NCBI GenBank assembly: GCA_963663225.1 | Contig: OY760142.1 | Span: forward strand, 2,592,001 to 2,656,000 | Direction of reading: 5' to 3' | Length of the DNA stretch: 64,000 bases | From: Nitrospirota bacterium | GTDB taxonomy: Bacteria; Nitrospirota; UBA9217 | Shown: one piece after another, positions 26,652-37,608 of the stretch | Layout of the letters: each line of letters starts with the position of its first letter | Position numbering within the stretch: position 1 is the first letter of the stretch | The notes under the pieces: model-generated | Seen by the model: only the letters and a program-made list of their open reading frames with translations | Told to the model about the DNA's origin: nothing | Database searches by the model: none | Position numbers and translations under genes: made by a program

Positions 26652-27290
26652 CTAGCCCTCCTCTTTCCAATGTTTCAGAATATCATCGGAGAATCGCTCT
26701 GTTTCGTTGATATTGAGCTCCGCAATCTCATCGGAAATTTCAGCGTCCGTGCTGGTTGCAAGGACAGGAGACACTTCCGCGCCGATAGAATCCAGTTGTT
26801 TGGTGGCCCAAGTGTTGACAGCATCTGCCTGTTCCGAGCTGATATCAGCCGAGGTGAAGAAATATTCACCGGTAGAACTTTCAGAGACCAGGTATTCCTG
26901 CGGGAGAGATGTTTCTCGTTCATGCTGGTACGTGTTGAGCGATGTTGTCGCAAGAGCTGAAATAATCAGAATGATACCTGCTGTTGCTGAGGTGAAGACC
27001 CAGCGGGGCATTGTAATGCGTTCCACAAACCACGAAAAATCGAAAAATTTTTTGGATTTTTTCTCCTGTTGGACAGCGCGGTAAATCCGGTCCGGCATCG
27101 CAGTCCAGAATGCCTCTCCCGGATCGGGCACGGTTTCTTCGGACAAAGCACGAAGAAGCAGAAGCTCTCGTGAACAATCTGCACATGATGCAATATGGTT
27201 CTCTACCTTCTGGTGGTCTTCGGAATTAAGCTCCCGGGCAAGGAAAGCGGGCAGGGTTTCCTGTATGTCTTTCTTATTACAGCGCTTCAT
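26652..27290 (-). CDS. zf-HC2 anti-sigma factor
   Basis: H...C..C (HIASCADC), TM helix, adjacent to ECF sigma. Confidence 0.88.
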   Translation of the reverse strand: MKRCNKKDIQETLPAFLARELNSEDHQKVENHIASCADCSRELLLLRALSEETVPDPGEAFWTAMPDRIYRAVQQEKKSKKFFDFSWFVERITMPRWVFTSATAGIILIISALATTSLNTYQHERETSLPQEYLVSESSTGEYFFTSADISSEQADAVNTWATKQLDSIGAEVSPVLATSTDAEISDEIAELNINETERFSDDILKHWKEEG

Positions 27291-27314
27291 TGTAAATATC
27301 CTTAGGATAGTACA

Positions 27315-27872
27315 TTATTTTTCCCCGGCGGTTAATTCTCCGGGTTCATGCTTCATAAGTATTTTCAGTTTCTGTACTGCATGGTGGTAATTTGCCTTGG
27401 CTGTGCCGATTGAACAGTCCATGAGTTCAGCAATTTCCTCAAATTTTTTTGCTTCCTGAATCCTGAACAGTAGTGTCAGACGTTGCTTTTCAGGAAGCTT
27501 TCCAAGGGCGTTTCTCAGCAGCAGCCTGTCTTCATTTTTAATCAGAGTTTCTAGTGTTCGTGGATTCCTTTTGATAACAATATCATCGATATTCACCTGC
27601 TCGAACCTGGCGCGGTCGCGATAAACGTTTTTTGCCAGATTGATCCCTATCTGGTAAAGCCAGGTTTTGAAACTAGACCGCCGCTCGAACAACCTGATTC
27701 CGGTAAAGGCTTTGATGAAGGTCTTCTGCAGCAGATCTGATGCATCTTCGTGGTTGCTTACCATGCGATACAACATCGCATAGAGAGGCTTCTGATACTT
27801 CCTCACCAACTCGTCGAAGGCATCTCGTTCGCCGGCCTCGGTTCTGATGACTAAATCGATATCTTGGTCCAT
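27315..27872 (-). CDS. ECF RNA polymerase sigma factor
   Basis: AFDELV..Y, DLLQ.TF.KA, SFKTWLY.I..N, region 4 EEIAE.M.C.IGT.K. Confidence 0.95.
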   Translation of the reverse strand: MDQDIDLVIRTEAGERDAFDELVRKYQKPLYAMLYRMVSNHEDASDLLQKTFIKAFTGIRLFERRSSFKTWLYQIGINLAKNVYRDRARFEQVNIDDIVIKRNPRTLETLIKNEDRLLLRNALGKLPEKQRLTLLFRIQEAKKFEEIAELMDCSIGTAKANYHHAVQKLKILMKHEPGELTAGEK

Positions 27873-27979
27873 ACGCGCGTTATATTTGTTTATTTTGACA
27901 CCAATTCTTTAAAAAGGTTGAGTTGCAAACAGGCTTTCTGGAATCAGTTTTAATGTGTTGTCGGCATAACGGCATAATG

Positions 27980-30085
27980 TTACGAGTCCATTTTCGGTTG
28001 TGCGTCAAGGGCTTTGCAATCTTTGTATAAACAGACTTGATTTCTGCCTGTTCGTTTCGCTTGATAAAGTGCCAGATCTGAAAAGCCGATAAGGTCTTCA
28101 AATTTATTGGTATCAACCGGGTATGAGGCAACTCCGATGCTGAGCGTTACGTTGAACGCCGTCTTGCCGACGGTGATAGTCGTGCGTTCGACGATTTTTC
28201 TGACTCTTTCGGCCATTTGTTGCGCGCCAACGTATTTCGTATCTACCAATCCTACGGAAAATTCTTCACCGCCGTATCGCGCCACAAAATCAGAACCCCG
28301 CACCACGTCTTTGAGGACTCCGGCCACGCGGGTGAGCGCTATGTCGCCGACAGGGTGGCCATAGGTATCATTAACCTTCTTAAAAAAATCAATGTCCACG
28401 AGCAGAATGGAAAAGGGGCGTGGATCACGGTCGAGGCGTTTATATTCCTCGGACAGTTTTTCCATGAATGTCCGGTGGTTCAAGAGGCCGGTAAGTCCAT
28501 CCGTGCGCGCCAGGTCTCTGATATCGCGGTGGAGAAGGCTGTTGTCTATTACCATGGATACCTGGTTCGACAATGTGTCTACAAAACTGCGGTGATATTC
28601 GGTGAAAATATTTGAGCTGAGTGAACTGAGAATCACCGCGCCGATGAACTTATTGCCTGCTACAAGCGGCCTGCCGATCAGGGATTTTATGGGTTGTTGC
28701 AGTTCTTTGAAGGGGAAAAGGCTGATCTCTCTCCCGCGTTCTCCGAGATCGGGATCGTGATAGATATTTACCGTGCTGTGGTCGTGCCATTGTTTATGCA
28801 TTAAGGAGAGAATAGCACTTTGCCCCAGGGGAAAGCGGTTGCCGATGAATTTTATATCATATCCTTTGAGTGCCGCTATTATTACGGCGCCGTTTTTTTC
28901 TTCATAGAATAAAAATGCACAGAAATCAAAGGGAACAACGGGCCTGAGCTGCGGTATCAATTTATCCAGGACTTCGGATATTTCAAGGCTGCCGTTTAAC
29001 GTCGCGCTCATTTCGTGGAGAGCGGCAAAGTTTTTCGCCCGGATATCCAGCTCAAGCGAGATTTTCATATTTTCAATGACTTGTATGAAAAAAGGAGTAA
29101 ATCTGAATAAAATGTCCTGGATTTGAGGAGGGAACGCATTCACTTCCAGGCTGTCCAGAGCGAGAACTCCTACGACACGGCTGTTCTGTGCAATCGGAAA
29201 GGAAAGAAAGGACTTTATAGGAATGTCCTGAGTATAATAACCAAGGCTTCTGGAAGACAGGACCATATCCTGAATGTATTGAGTCTGATTCTGTAAGGCG
29301 CTGATGCCGACAAGTCCGCTTCCTTTTGCGTATTCTACTGCAGATGAGGTGATGAACCGGCTTTGGCTTTGGATTGCCCGGAGTGAAAGTGTTCCATCAG
29401 CACGGTCATCCAGAAAAAGCGCATAGGTATGGGCGGGGAGAAGCAGTGAGATCATCTCGATAAGCGCGTTGAATGTGCCTTCCCGTTCGCGAGCCATGCT
29501 GACATGTTTTGCTTGTCGTTTTTCTTCTGTCAGCGCTTCAATATTTGCGCCTCCTGCAAGGGGATCAACAGCACGTGCATCGGAAATCAGCTTTTGATAA
29601 TTATTCTGCGCAGTTTTTGCTTCGTTTTGGATACGGCCTGCCAAAAAGGTGGCCATAAGAGAAACCCCGGCAAGCGATGCGGAAAACCCGGCAAAAAAAT
29701 GCCACTGATCCATAGTAATATTGGCGGAAAGGTATCTATTGAGAGCTTCAATAGCAAGGATGAGAGCGGTTATTTGAAACGACCAGGTACGATGCAAAAA
29801 TGCCGCAAGTATCACGGGCAGAACGTAAAATGGAAAAAGGGGAGAAGAAATGCCGCCGGTAATCTGGACGAGAAAGTTGAATCCGATAATGACGAGCGCA
29901 AAAAAAGTAAATCCCTGAATTTTTTTTTTGGAAAAAAGCGCTTGATATGAAACAGTAAAGACGAGAAATGAGAACCCTGCGACCCAGTAGTTGAGATAGG
30001 GGGTGGATAGGCCCTGGCGCAGAAATAATCCCAAGCCGGAACAAACAATAAAAAATATAAGGCTGGAGATGATAAAAGCGTTCAA
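27980..30085 (-). CDS. Membrane GAF-GAF-GGDEF diguanylate cyclase
   Basis: N-terminal TMs, two GAF domains, RGSD I-site, RYGGEEF; likely TTG start at 30085 with AGGAG RBS. Confidence 0.92.
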   Translation of the reverse strand: MNAFIISSLIFFIVCSGLGLFLRQGLSTPYLNYWVAGFSFLVFTVSYQALFSKKKIQGFTFFALVIIGFNFLVQITGGISSPLFPFYVLPVILAAFLHRTWSFQITALILAIEALNRYLSANITMDQWHFFAGFSASLAGVSLMATFLAGRIQNEAKTAQNNYQKLISDARAVDPLAGGANIEALTEEKRQAKHVSMAREREGTFNALIEMISLLLPAHTYALFLDDRADGTLSLRAIQSQSRFITSSAVEYAKGSGLVGISALQNQTQYIQDMVLSSRSLGYYTQDIPIKSFLSFPIAQNSRVVGVLALDSLEVNAFPPQIQDILFRFTPFFIQVIENMKISLELDIRAKNFAALHEMSATLNGSLEISEVLDKLIPQLRPVVPFDFCAFLFYEEKNGAVIIAALKGYDIKFIGNRFPLGQSAILSLMHKQWHDHSTVNIYHDPDLGERGREISLFPFKELQQPIKSLIGRPLVAGNKFIGAVILSSLSSNIFTEYHRSFVDTLSNQVSMVIDNSLLHRDIRDLARTDGLTGLLNHRTFMEKLSEEYKRLDRDPRPFSILLVDIDFFKKVNDTYGHPVGDIALTRVAGVLKDVVRGSDFVARYGGEEFSVGLVDTKYVGAQQMAERVRKIVERTTITVGKTAFNVTLSIGVASYPVDTNKFEDLIGFSDLALYQAKRTGRNQVCLYKDCKALDAQPKMDS

Positions 30086-30360
30086 ACTTTTTTTCTCCTG
30101 GCCAGTTGCTCTTCCCTGTATTTGTGATAGAGGACGTCCCATTCACGGCTGCCTTCAGGGATTTTCCGGGAAAGCGATAGGATAGTGCGGCGGGCAGCTG
30201 CATCAGCATCGTCTTCGAACTGAAGTTCGGAAATAATAATTCGCCTGATTTCACGCAGCAGCTTTTCTTCCGGCTGAAACGGCTCTACGTTCTTGTTGTG
30301 CTCCAGAGCGTTCAAAATCAAATGGGAAAGATGGGATATCCTGTCTTCGCTGAGTCGCAT
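30082..30360 (-). CDS. DUF507 family protein
   Basis: MRLS.DRI..L......IPEGS.EWDVLY.KY. Confidence 0.8.
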   Translation of the reverse strand: MRLSEDRISHLSHLILNALEHNKNVEPFQPEEKLLREIRRIIISELQFEDDADAAARRTILSLSRKIPEGSREWDVLYHKYREEQLARRKKV

Positions 30361-30403
30361 ATTTTTCCTTGGGGTATTCTGGTCAGATCGTTGCCGAAGC
30401 ACA

Positions 30404-30685
30404 TTAGAGAATTATTCCGCGTTCTTTAGCGAGTTTTTGCTTCGTCAGTTCAAATACTTTGCGGTAGTCCATCTGTCCTTTGGCAATTACAGCTTCATGC
30501 GCCGAGAGGATTTTTTCAACTTCTTTATTGAGCCGGTCCTCTGCTACCATATTATCTGCAATTACGTCAGCAATCGTTGTGGAAATTGCAGCCTTCGGTG
30601 CAGCATACTTGACCATTTCTTTATTTTCGAGTTCCGCGGTAATGGTATCTGCAATGTGGGTGATAAGCTCTTTTGGCAAGCGCAT
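30404..30685 (-). CDS. DUF507 family protein
   Basis: MRL....ED.LN.EV.......DY..VF...K.KLAKERG. Confidence 0.8.
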   Translation of the reverse strand: MRLPKELITHIADTITAELENKEMVKYAAPKAAISTTIADVIADNMVAEDRLNKEVEKILSAHEAVIAKGQMDYRKVFELTKQKLAKERGIIL

Positions 30686-30789
30686 GAGAACTCCTTACCG
30701 TTGAATTATATCAGAAAAAGCACGTGGAGGGGAGAGAAAGTAGCAATGCCCTTTATGCAATATTGTCCTGCTGCGATGAGATAAAAAAA

Positions 30790-31719
30790 TTACGGTATCG
30801 CAGGTTTCCGGAGTTTGCGGAAATCGGCCCAAACATCAATAATGCCGAAGACAATTGTGCCCGCGATAAGCGGCGGCAAAGCCAGAACGACAATATAGAT
30901 CAGTATTCGTGCAAACGGACGTATATGCAGTTTCAACTTCAGGAAATAATCCACAAGAGCAGCACCCTGTATAAAATAGACAATTGCAAAGAGAACAACA
31001 ATGTTCCAGCCGAGGAGAAACCTCGCCAACTCGTTTGGCATCATGATGCAGACCAAGGCGCCGATCAGACCCCATATCCACGCGTCCGGAGCATACCATA
31101 AGGCAAGGGGAGTGGACTCAATCCTCGGGCCTGCTCCCGGATTTCGTACGATGATGACTTTTGCTGTTGCATAAGAGCATGCTGCTATTGTGGCCACTAT
31201 CAAGATCAGCAAACAAGGGAGCATCAATGAAAAATAATGAAAAGATACGGCCGGAATAGAAGAAATTGCTGCTGTTATTTCATTGAAACCATGGCTGCTG
31301 TATAATTTAACTGCTTCATCGCGCTGCTCCAGAATAAAACGTTCAATAACGGGAAGAGGGCTTTCTCCGATATGTACAAAATAATATCCTGCTACGGAAC
31401 CTATCGCCAGAACAGACAGGAGCGCGCTTCCTGCAATGGAGAGCTCTGGTTTCCACTGCCGTAATAGACCTTCTCCAATGCTAATAGCTATCAAATTAAA
31501 AATAAAGAGAAAGAAAAAGAGTATATACCACCCGCCGAGAAGGGAAATAATAAGACACGCAATGCCGAGTACGGTCAAGCCTTCCATTTTGCTGTTTCTC
31601 ACATAGATAAGAATGAGGGGGACCGGTGTGAACAGCCATGGGAGCAGAGGGATGAAAATGCCGGACAAAAAAAGGCCCACCATCTGAACTATAGCAATGA
31701 ATATGGGACGAAAATTCAT
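30790..31719 (-). CDS. YybS/DUF2232 membrane protein
   Basis: Multi-TM, YF.QG...., G..D.W.DFRK C-terminus; conserved position after rpsR. Confidence 0.85.
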   Translation of the reverse strand: MNFRPIFIAIVQMVGLFLSGIFIPLLPWLFTPVPLILIYVRNSKMEGLTVLGIACLIISLLGGWYILFFFLFIFNLIAISIGEGLLRQWKPELSIAGSALLSVLAIGSVAGYYFVHIGESPLPVIERFILEQRDEAVKLYSSHGFNEITAAISSIPAVSFHYFSLMLPCLLILIVATIAACSYATAKVIIVRNPGAGPRIESTPLALWYAPDAWIWGLIGALVCIMMPNELARFLLGWNIVVLFAIVYFIQGAALVDYFLKLKLHIRPFARILIYIVVLALPPLIAGTIVFGIIDVWADFRKLRKPAIP

Positions 31720-31824
31720 GTTCTTTCTCCAAAAAAAAGGGAAGCCCGCGGTTTTTTCTTTCCAGCCGCGAACTTCCCTTGTTCAAAGCAGTCAGCTGAT
31801 GCAGTGCTGTCTCTTATTCAACAA

Positions 31825-32133
31825 CTATTTTTCTCCGGAGAACGGTATTAAAGAAATGTTTCTGCACCGTTGTACAGCTACCGTAACTTCGCGTTGATGC
31901 CTTGCGCAATTGCCGGAAATACGTCTGGGCAGAATCTTACCACGTTCAGTAATAAAAAATCTTAATGTTTTTACGTCTTTATAGTCAATAAAAGGCGTCT
32001 TGTCGACGCAAAACCGACAGACTTTTTTTCTAACTTGAAATCTTCTTTTTCTGTCCGGTCCTTTACCGTCCCTATCTCTGTCTCTGTTTCTTGAGTCAGG
32101 GGGACGCTCTGTTCTTGCTGGATATTCTGCCAT
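31825..32133 (-). CDS. rpsR: 30S ribosomal protein S18
   Basis: CRFC...IDYKD...[23 protein letters not shown]. Confidence 0.98.
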   Translation of the reverse strand: MAEYPARTERPPDSRNRDRDRDGKGPDRKRRFQVRKKVCRFCVDKTPFIDYKDVKTLRFFITERGKILPRRISGNCARHQREVTVAVQRCRNISLIPFSGEK

Positions 32134-32187
32134 AATCGTGTACTCCTCATAATAAAGGGTAAAATGTGCGAATCAGGAGTGGAAGAG

Positions 32188-32598
32188 TTAAAAGGGAATA
32201 TCTCCTTCGTCAATCGGTGGTTCGGGAGCGGGTTCCGGATGGTTGTGACCGCCTCCTTGGCCGGCTGATGAGCGTTTTGGCATAAAATTAACCGATTGCG
32301 CTACCACTTCAAGTTTATTGCGTTTTTGACCTTCTTCAGTTTCCCACCGTCGCTGTTGAAGTCTGCCGTCTATCAAAACAGAGTCTCCTTTTCCGATATA
32401 TTGGCCGCAAGATTCAGCCTGCTTACCGAAAACGACGATGTCAATGTAGCTGACTTCATCTTTTGTTTCGTCACCCTGCTTATATTTACGATTGACAGCA
32501 ATGGCAAAACTTGCCACAGCTATACCATTGGGGGTGTAGCGTACTTCCGGATCGCGAGTAAGGTTCCCAAGTAGAATAACTTTATTGTAGCTTGTCAT
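32188..32598 (-). CDS. ssb: Single-stranded DNA-binding protein
   Basis: NKVILLGNLTRDPE.RY, C-terminal DIPF. Confidence 0.98.
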   Translation of the reverse strand: MTSYNKVILLGNLTRDPEVRYTPNGIAVASFAIAVNRKYKQGDETKDEVSYIDIVVFGKQAESCGQYIGKGDSVLIDGRLQQRRWETEEGQKRNKLEVVAQSVNFMPKRSSAGQGGGHNHPEPAPEPPIDEGDIPF

Positions 32599-32681
32599 GG
32601 CATTACCTCATCGTCCCGGTTATTATTGCTTCAATTGCTGTTTCGCCTGCATTTCTACAAAACAACTGTCTCCGCTATGCC

Positions 32682-33047
32682 TCACGCTTGAGGTTGTTCG
32701 GTTCCTGTTGCCTTGGCGGCGTCCTTCTTCTTCGGCTTGGGCGGTTGTTTAGTGCGCAATTCTTTCTCAAGTTTGACGGTCAGGAATTTAATGATCGTAT
32801 CGGTAAGCTTATACGTACGTTCCAACTCACTTACAACCGTCGGCGCAGACTTAAATTGAAAGAAAGCATAGTGCCCGCGCTTCTGTTTCCTGATTTCATA
32901 GGCAAGCTTCTTTTTGCCCCAATCCTCGAACTTGAGCATTTCCCCGCCCTGTTTAGCGATTACATCCTGCATTTTTTTGATTATGCCTGCAGTTTCATCA
33001 TCCGAAAGATTGGGGTTAATGATAAAAATAGATTCGTAAATCGGCAT
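32682..33047 (-). CDS. rpsF: 30S ribosomal protein S6
   Basis: YESIFII.P....WG.KKLAYEI.K...G.Y. Confidence 0.97.
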   Translation of the reverse strand: MPIYESIFIINPNLSDDETAGIIKKMQDVIAKQGGEMLKFEDWGKKKLAYEIRKQKRGHYAFFQFKSAPTVVSELERTYKLTDTIIKFLTVKLEKELRTKQPPKPKKKDAAKATGTEQPQA

Positions 33048-33054
33048 TGTTTCT

Positions 33055-33106
33055 GCCTCCTTATGGGTTATAGCCCCCTGTAATATACTTGCAGGGAGCA
33101 AGGAGT
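33055..33106 (-). promoter_or_regulatory. S6:S18-binding ribosomal leader RNA
   Basis: Minus strand CTCCTTGCTCCCTG...CAGGGGGCTATAACCCATAAGGAGG: the 5' CTCCTT pairs with the SD and a CCC lies just before it, as in the known rpsF leader. Confidence 0.7.
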
Positions 33107-33279
33107 AATCCCGAACAGTGTAGTAGCGGGAATCGACCTTACTCATTTTTTAAAGATTGAAAATAGCACAGGCTGTTTGAAAAATCAAGCCTTTTCTCTT
33201 TATTTGGCGCCAAAAGTGTATTGAGAACGCATATATCGGGCATAATTGCGCATATCGATAATTCTACGAGTATTTTGTA

Positions 33280-33308
33280 TTGACAAAAAAACTACAGTGT
33301 TTTATTAT
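33280..33308 (+). promoter_or_regulatory. sigma70 promoter of alaC-hom operon
   Basis: TTGACA-N17-TATTAT. Confidence 0.7.
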
Positions 33309-33340
33309 CAATTTTACGTTTTAAATTGAATGGTTAGAAG

Positions 33341-34546
33341 ATGAAATTTATGACAAAGAAGGGATTCCGTATGCCCGAGCAGTTTGGCAGAATAAAACGA
33401 TTACCACCCTATGTATTTGCTATTGTCAATGCCATGAAGATTGATGCACGCAGAAAGGGTGAGGATATTATTGATCTGGGCATGGGAAATCCTGATCAAG
33501 GCACGCCTCAACATATAGTTGATAAGCTCATAGAAGCCGCTCAAAACCCCAAAAATCATCGCTACTCGGCTTCCAAAGGCATAACAAAACTGCGTTCCGC
33601 CATATGTGACTGGTACAAAAGAAACCATAATGTCGACCTCGATCCTGAGTCTGAAGCCGTAGTGACCATGGGGTCCAAGGAAGGGTTGTCTCATCTCGCA
33701 TTAGCCACAATCGAGCCGGGAGATGTGGTTTTCACGACCACACCGGCGTATCCTATCCATCCCTATGCGGTAATCATCGCCGGCGGGGAGGTGCGCTCTA
33801 TTCCACTCAGGAAAGACAGAGATTTTTTTGCTGATATGCTGGAAGCATATAAAAACACATGGCCCCGCCCCAAAATGCTTATTATCAATTTCCCGAACAA
33901 TCCGACTACCATGGTTGTCAATATCGATTTTTTCCAGAAAATTGCCGATTTCGCCCGGGAAAATAATATTATTGTGGTGCACGATCTGGCATATGCAGAT
34001 CTCAATTTCGATGGATACCGCGCGCCAAGTTTTTTGGAGGCAACGGGCGCAAAAGACATTGGAGTTGAATTCTACAGCCTGACCAAAAGCTACAACATGG
34101 CAGGCTGGCGTGTGGGCTTTTGCGTGGGGAACAGGGACATTGTGGCCGCACTGATCAAGATTAAAAGCTACCTGGATTATGGAATGTTCCAACCTGTTCA
34201 AATAGCGTCAATTATTGCTCTGAACGGACCACAGGAGTGTGTGAAAGAAATTTGCACTATGTATCAGTCTCGCAGGGACGCGCTGATCGAAGGACTTGGT
34301 AAAGCCGGCTGGAACATTGAAAAACCGAAGGGGACCATGTTTGTCTGGGCAGAGATTCCGGAACCGTTCAAAAAAATGGGTTCGCTGGAATTTTCAAAGC
34401 TTCTTATCAAGGACGCGAAAGTGGCCGTTTCTCCCGGCATAGGTTTCGGTGAGCACGGCGAGGGATATGTACGTTTCGCGCTGGTGGAGAATGAGCATCG
34501 GATACGACAGGCGGCTAAAGGAATAAAACAGGCGTTGCAGAAATGA
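33341..34546 (+). CDS. alaC: Class I PLP aminotransferase (AlaC-like)
   Basis: [37 protein letters not shown]; start may be 33371. Confidence 0.85.
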   Translation: MKFMTKKGFRMPEQFGRIKRLPPYVFAIVNAMKIDARRKGEDIIDLGMGNPDQGTPQHIVDKLIEAAQNPKNHRYSASKGITKLRSAICDWYKRNHNVDLDPESEAVVTMGSKEGLSHLALATIEPGDVVFTTTPAYPIHPYAVIIAGGEVRSIPLRKDRDFFADMLEAYKNTWPRPKMLIINFPNNPTTMVVNIDFFQKIADFARENNIIVVHDLAYADLNFDGYRAPSFLEATGAKDIGVEFYSLTKSYNMAGWRVGFCVGNRDIVAALIKIKSYLDYGMFQPVQIASIIALNGPQECVKEICTMYQSRRDALIEGLGKAGWNIEKPKGTMFVWAEIPEPFKKMGSLEFSKLLIKDAKVAVSPGIGFGEHGEGYVRFALVENEHRIRQAAKGIKQALQK

Positions 34547-34613
34547 CCCCTTTAAAGATCATGGAGCATGAGGATGCCTCCCTGCCCATAATCCGAAATC
34601 ATACGGAGATGTC

Positions 34614-35927
34614 ATGACAGCCAAGAAAACAATCAATGTTGGCATTATCGGTTTGGGTACCGTCGGAACAGGAACGGCGCGTATTCTTATTGAAAATGCG
34701 GATATCATTCAACGCAGACTCGGTGCGCGCGTCATCCTCAGCAAAGTAGCAGATATTGACATTCGGCGCGACCGCGGTCTGGATCTTGCCGGGGTGAAGC
34801 TTACGGCAGATGCCAATGATGTCATACAGGATCCCACTATTGATATCGTCATAGAGCTTATCGGAGGCTATAAGCCCGCGAAAGAGTTTATCCTGGACGC
34901 GATTAAGCAGCATAAGCATGTGGTTACTGCAAATAAAGCGCTTCTCGCCGTTCATGGAGAAGAACTGTATGCTGCAGCTGAGAAAACAGGGGCTATGCTC
35001 GGGTATGAAGCTTCCGTGGCAGGCGGCATCCCGATTCTTGCAGCTCTCAAAGACGGACTCGCCGCAAATAATATCAAGTCTATCTATGCTATTGTAAATG
35101 GTACCTGCAATTATATTCTGACTCAAATGACGAATGAGGGGAGAAAATTCGACGAAGTCCTGAGAGAGGCACAGTCGAAAGGTTATGCAGAAGCGGATCC
35201 GACTTTCGATATTGAAGGCATCGATTCGGCTCACAAATTGGCAATTCTTGCCATGCTTTCTTATGGGACGCCCGTATCTTTTAAAGACATTTATACGGAA
35301 GGCATTTCGAAAATAACGCCCCTCGACATCGATTTCGCGCGCGATCTGGGTTATAAAATCAAGCTTCTTGCAATTACGAAAACCGTAAATGGTGAAATCG
35401 AAGCGAGAGTGCATCCTACCATGCTCCCGAAGGATTTTCCGATAGCAACAGTTGATGGCGTCTATAATGCCCTCTCCGTCGTGGGAGATGCCGTAGGTTC
35501 CACTCTTTTTTACGGCAGAGGTGCAGGAGACATGCCCACAGGAAGCGCCGTGGTGAGCGACGTTATTAACATCAGCAAAGATATCCTGGCAGGATGTACA
35601 AACCGTTCGCCGATAGCCGCTTTCAGAGAACGGTCTTCACTTGCAATACGCAAAATGGACGATATCACATCCTGTTATTATCTGCGCTTCACCGCCATGG
35701 ACAAGCCCGGCGTCCTCTCGCGGATATCAGGAGTGCTCGGCAGGAATAACATCAGCATCGAATCGGTCATTCAAAAAGGCCGAGGATCTGCAGAAGCTGT
35801 TCCGCTGGTGATGATGAGTCACGAAGCCGTGGAGCGAGATGTGCGCACTGCTCTTGAAGAGATCAATAATATGGATTGTGTTGCTGGCCCGACGATGGTA
35901 ATCCGGGTGGAAGATGAGAAGAAATAG
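34614..35927 (+). CDS. hom: Homoserine dehydrogenase with ACT domain
   Basis: GLGTVG, VVTANK, YEASVAGGIP, NGTCNYIL, GYAEADP. Confidence 0.97.
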   Translation: MTAKKTINVGIIGLGTVGTGTARILIENADIIQRRLGARVILSKVADIDIRRDRGLDLAGVKLTADANDVIQDPTIDIVIELIGGYKPAKEFILDAIKQHKHVVTANKALLAVHGEELYAAAEKTGAMLGYEASVAGGIPILAALKDGLAANNIKSIYAIVNGTCNYILTQMTNEGRKFDEVLREAQSKGYAEADPTFDIEGIDSAHKLAILAMLSYGTPVSFKDIYTEGISKITPLDIDFARDLGYKIKLLAITKTVNGEIEARVHPTMLPKDFPIATVDGVYNALSVVGDAVGSTLFYGRGAGDMPTGSAVVSDVINISKDILAGCTNRSPIAAFRERSSLAIRKMDDITSCYYLRFTAMDKPGVLSRISGVLGRNNISIESVIQKGRGSAEAVPLVMMSHEAVERDVRTALEEINNMDCVAGPTMVIRVEDEKK

Positions 35928-36002
35928 CACGATAGAATGCTGCTGATGTTTTGCTGCTGGATCGAATCCATTGTACTGCATTGACGACATCAAAGCCGAA
36001 TC

Positions 36003-36266
36003 ATGATCGGTGATCAAAAATCTGATATTACGCTCGATATAAAAGGAGAGGTCTGTCCTTATACGTTTGTCCGCTCCAAACTGGCTCTCGAAAAAATGAA
36101 CGTGGGAGAAGTCCTCGAAATCATTACGGATTATAACCAGGCTCGGGAGGATATCCCCAGGAATTTTTCAAATGAGGGGCAGCAGATTATCGCAATTGAG
36201 CAGACCGCTGCGGATGAATGGCATATTTTTATCCGAAAAGCAGCGAAAAAACCGGAACAAAAGTAA
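36003..36266 (+). CDS. TusA/SirA-like sulfurtransferase
   Basis: LDIKGEVCPY.FV..KLALE motif. Confidence 0.9.
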   Translation: MIGDQKSDITLDIKGEVCPYTFVRSKLALEKMNVGEVLEIITDYNQAREDIPRNFSNEGQQIIAIEQTAADEWHIFIRKAAKKPEQK

Positions 36267-36315
36267 AAGCTCAGATTCTGAAATTGCTTTTGTGCGAGAA
36301 CTTTGAACTGCAATT

Positions 36316-37113
36316 ATGGATTTTACAGAAGATCAGATACTACGATATAGCAGACACATTCTGCTTCCAGAGGTCGGCGGCGAGGGACAGGAAAAGCTCC
36401 TGAAGGCTAGGGTCGCACTGGTAGGTGCAGGTGGTCTCGGTTCTGTTGCCGGCTACTATCTTGCTGCTGCAGGCGTCGGTATGATCGGCCTCATCGACGA
36501 CGATAGAGTGGAGATATCAAATCTTCAGCGACAGATCGCACACAATATGAAAAGAGTAGGGATGTTCAAAACCGATTCAGCCAAAGAAACCTACGAAACG
36601 CTGAATCCTGATGTGGCGATAACAACATGGAAGGAACGGTTGACGGCGCGGAATATTAAAAGCATTTTTTCCGAATACGACATTGTCGTCGATGGGAGCG
36701 ATAATTTCCCTACCCGCTATCTTGTTAATGATGCATGTGTTATGCTCAAAAAACCGCTGGTAAGTGCGGCGGTTTTTCGCTTTGAAGGGCAGGTAATGAC
36801 CATTTTCCCGGGAGAAGGGCCCTGCTATCGGTGCCTTTTCGAAAGCCCTCCACCGCCTGGAATGGTTCCTTCATGCCAGGAAGCCGGAGTTTTAGGTGTG
36901 GTTCCCGGCATTATTGGAACGATACAGGCAGCGGAGGTCATTAAGGTTATTTTGGGCATCGGCCATCCGCTCGCGGGAGCTCTTCTGCTTTTTAATGCGC
37001 TTGAGATGAGCTTTCGAAGAATAAAAATTCCGCGCAATCGAGAATGCGTGATGTGCGGTGATCATCCAACCATTACGGACTTGATTGATTCTGAACAAGT
37101 TTGCTCATTGTAA
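36316..37113 (+). CDS. moeB: MoeB/ThiF adenylyltransferase
   Basis: RYSRH, GAGGLG, SNLQRQ, DNF..RY, two CxxC motifs. Confidence 0.93.
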   Translation: MDFTEDQILRYSRHILLPEVGGEGQEKLLKARVALVGAGGLGSVAGYYLAAAGVGMIGLIDDDRVEISNLQRQIAHNMKRVGMFKTDSAKETYETLNPDVAITTWKERLTARNIKSIFSEYDIVVDGSDNFPTRYLVNDACVMLKKPLVSAAVFRFEGQVMTIFPGEGPCYRCLFESPPPPGMVPSCQEAGVLGVVPGIIGTIQAAEVIKVILGIGHPLAGALLLFNALEMSFRRIKIPRNRECVMCGDHPTITDLIDSEQVCSL

Positions 37114-37197
37114 CTGAATCACGGCAGTCAGTTGCTGATATAAAATTTCCCGGTATTTTCTGCTTGAGAGGAAACATCATACTGTTTTTATTGTCGG

Positions 37198-37605
37198 ATG
37201 CTGACTATTTCGAGTTCTGATGTTCAGAAGATTTTTTCACATTGCAGCAGCGCACTCCCCAATGAGGCGTGTGGAATTCTTGCCGGGCATGCGGGAAACG
37301 TCGAACGCGTATATCGCATGACAAACGCGGAGGCAAGTCCGAATTTTTATCGCATGGATTCGGCGGAGCAGTTTAAGGTACTGCGGGAAATATATCACAC
37401 TGGTCTGGATCTTGTCGGCATTTATCACTCACACACGGACAGCCGGGCGTATCCGTCACCTGTTGATATAGAGTTGGCATACTATCCCGAGGCAGTTTAT
37501 ATGATTATTGCAGGAGACGGCAAAAACTCTTTTCTGGCTAAAGGATATAATATAGTTGAGGGAACAGTCACCGAGGTCCCTCTGAATATTCTAGAGGCAC
37601 GATAG
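37198..37605 (+). CDS. JAB/Mov34 (Mec-like) metalloprotease
   Basis: PNEACGILAG...YHSH....AYPS..D JAMM motif. Confidence 0.93.
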   Translation: MLTISSSDVQKIFSHCSSALPNEACGILAGHAGNVERVYRMTNAEASPNFYRMDSAEQFKVLREIYHTGLDLVGIYHSHTDSRAYPSPVDIELAYYPEAVYMIIAGDGKNSFLAKGYNIVEGTVTEVPLNILEAR

Positions 37606-37608
37606 CAG

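Noticed and set aside
33150-33340. SAM, lysine or T-box riboswitch for the amino-acid operon
   Set aside because: The promoter lies ~30 nt from the start codon and no aptamer motifs are visible.
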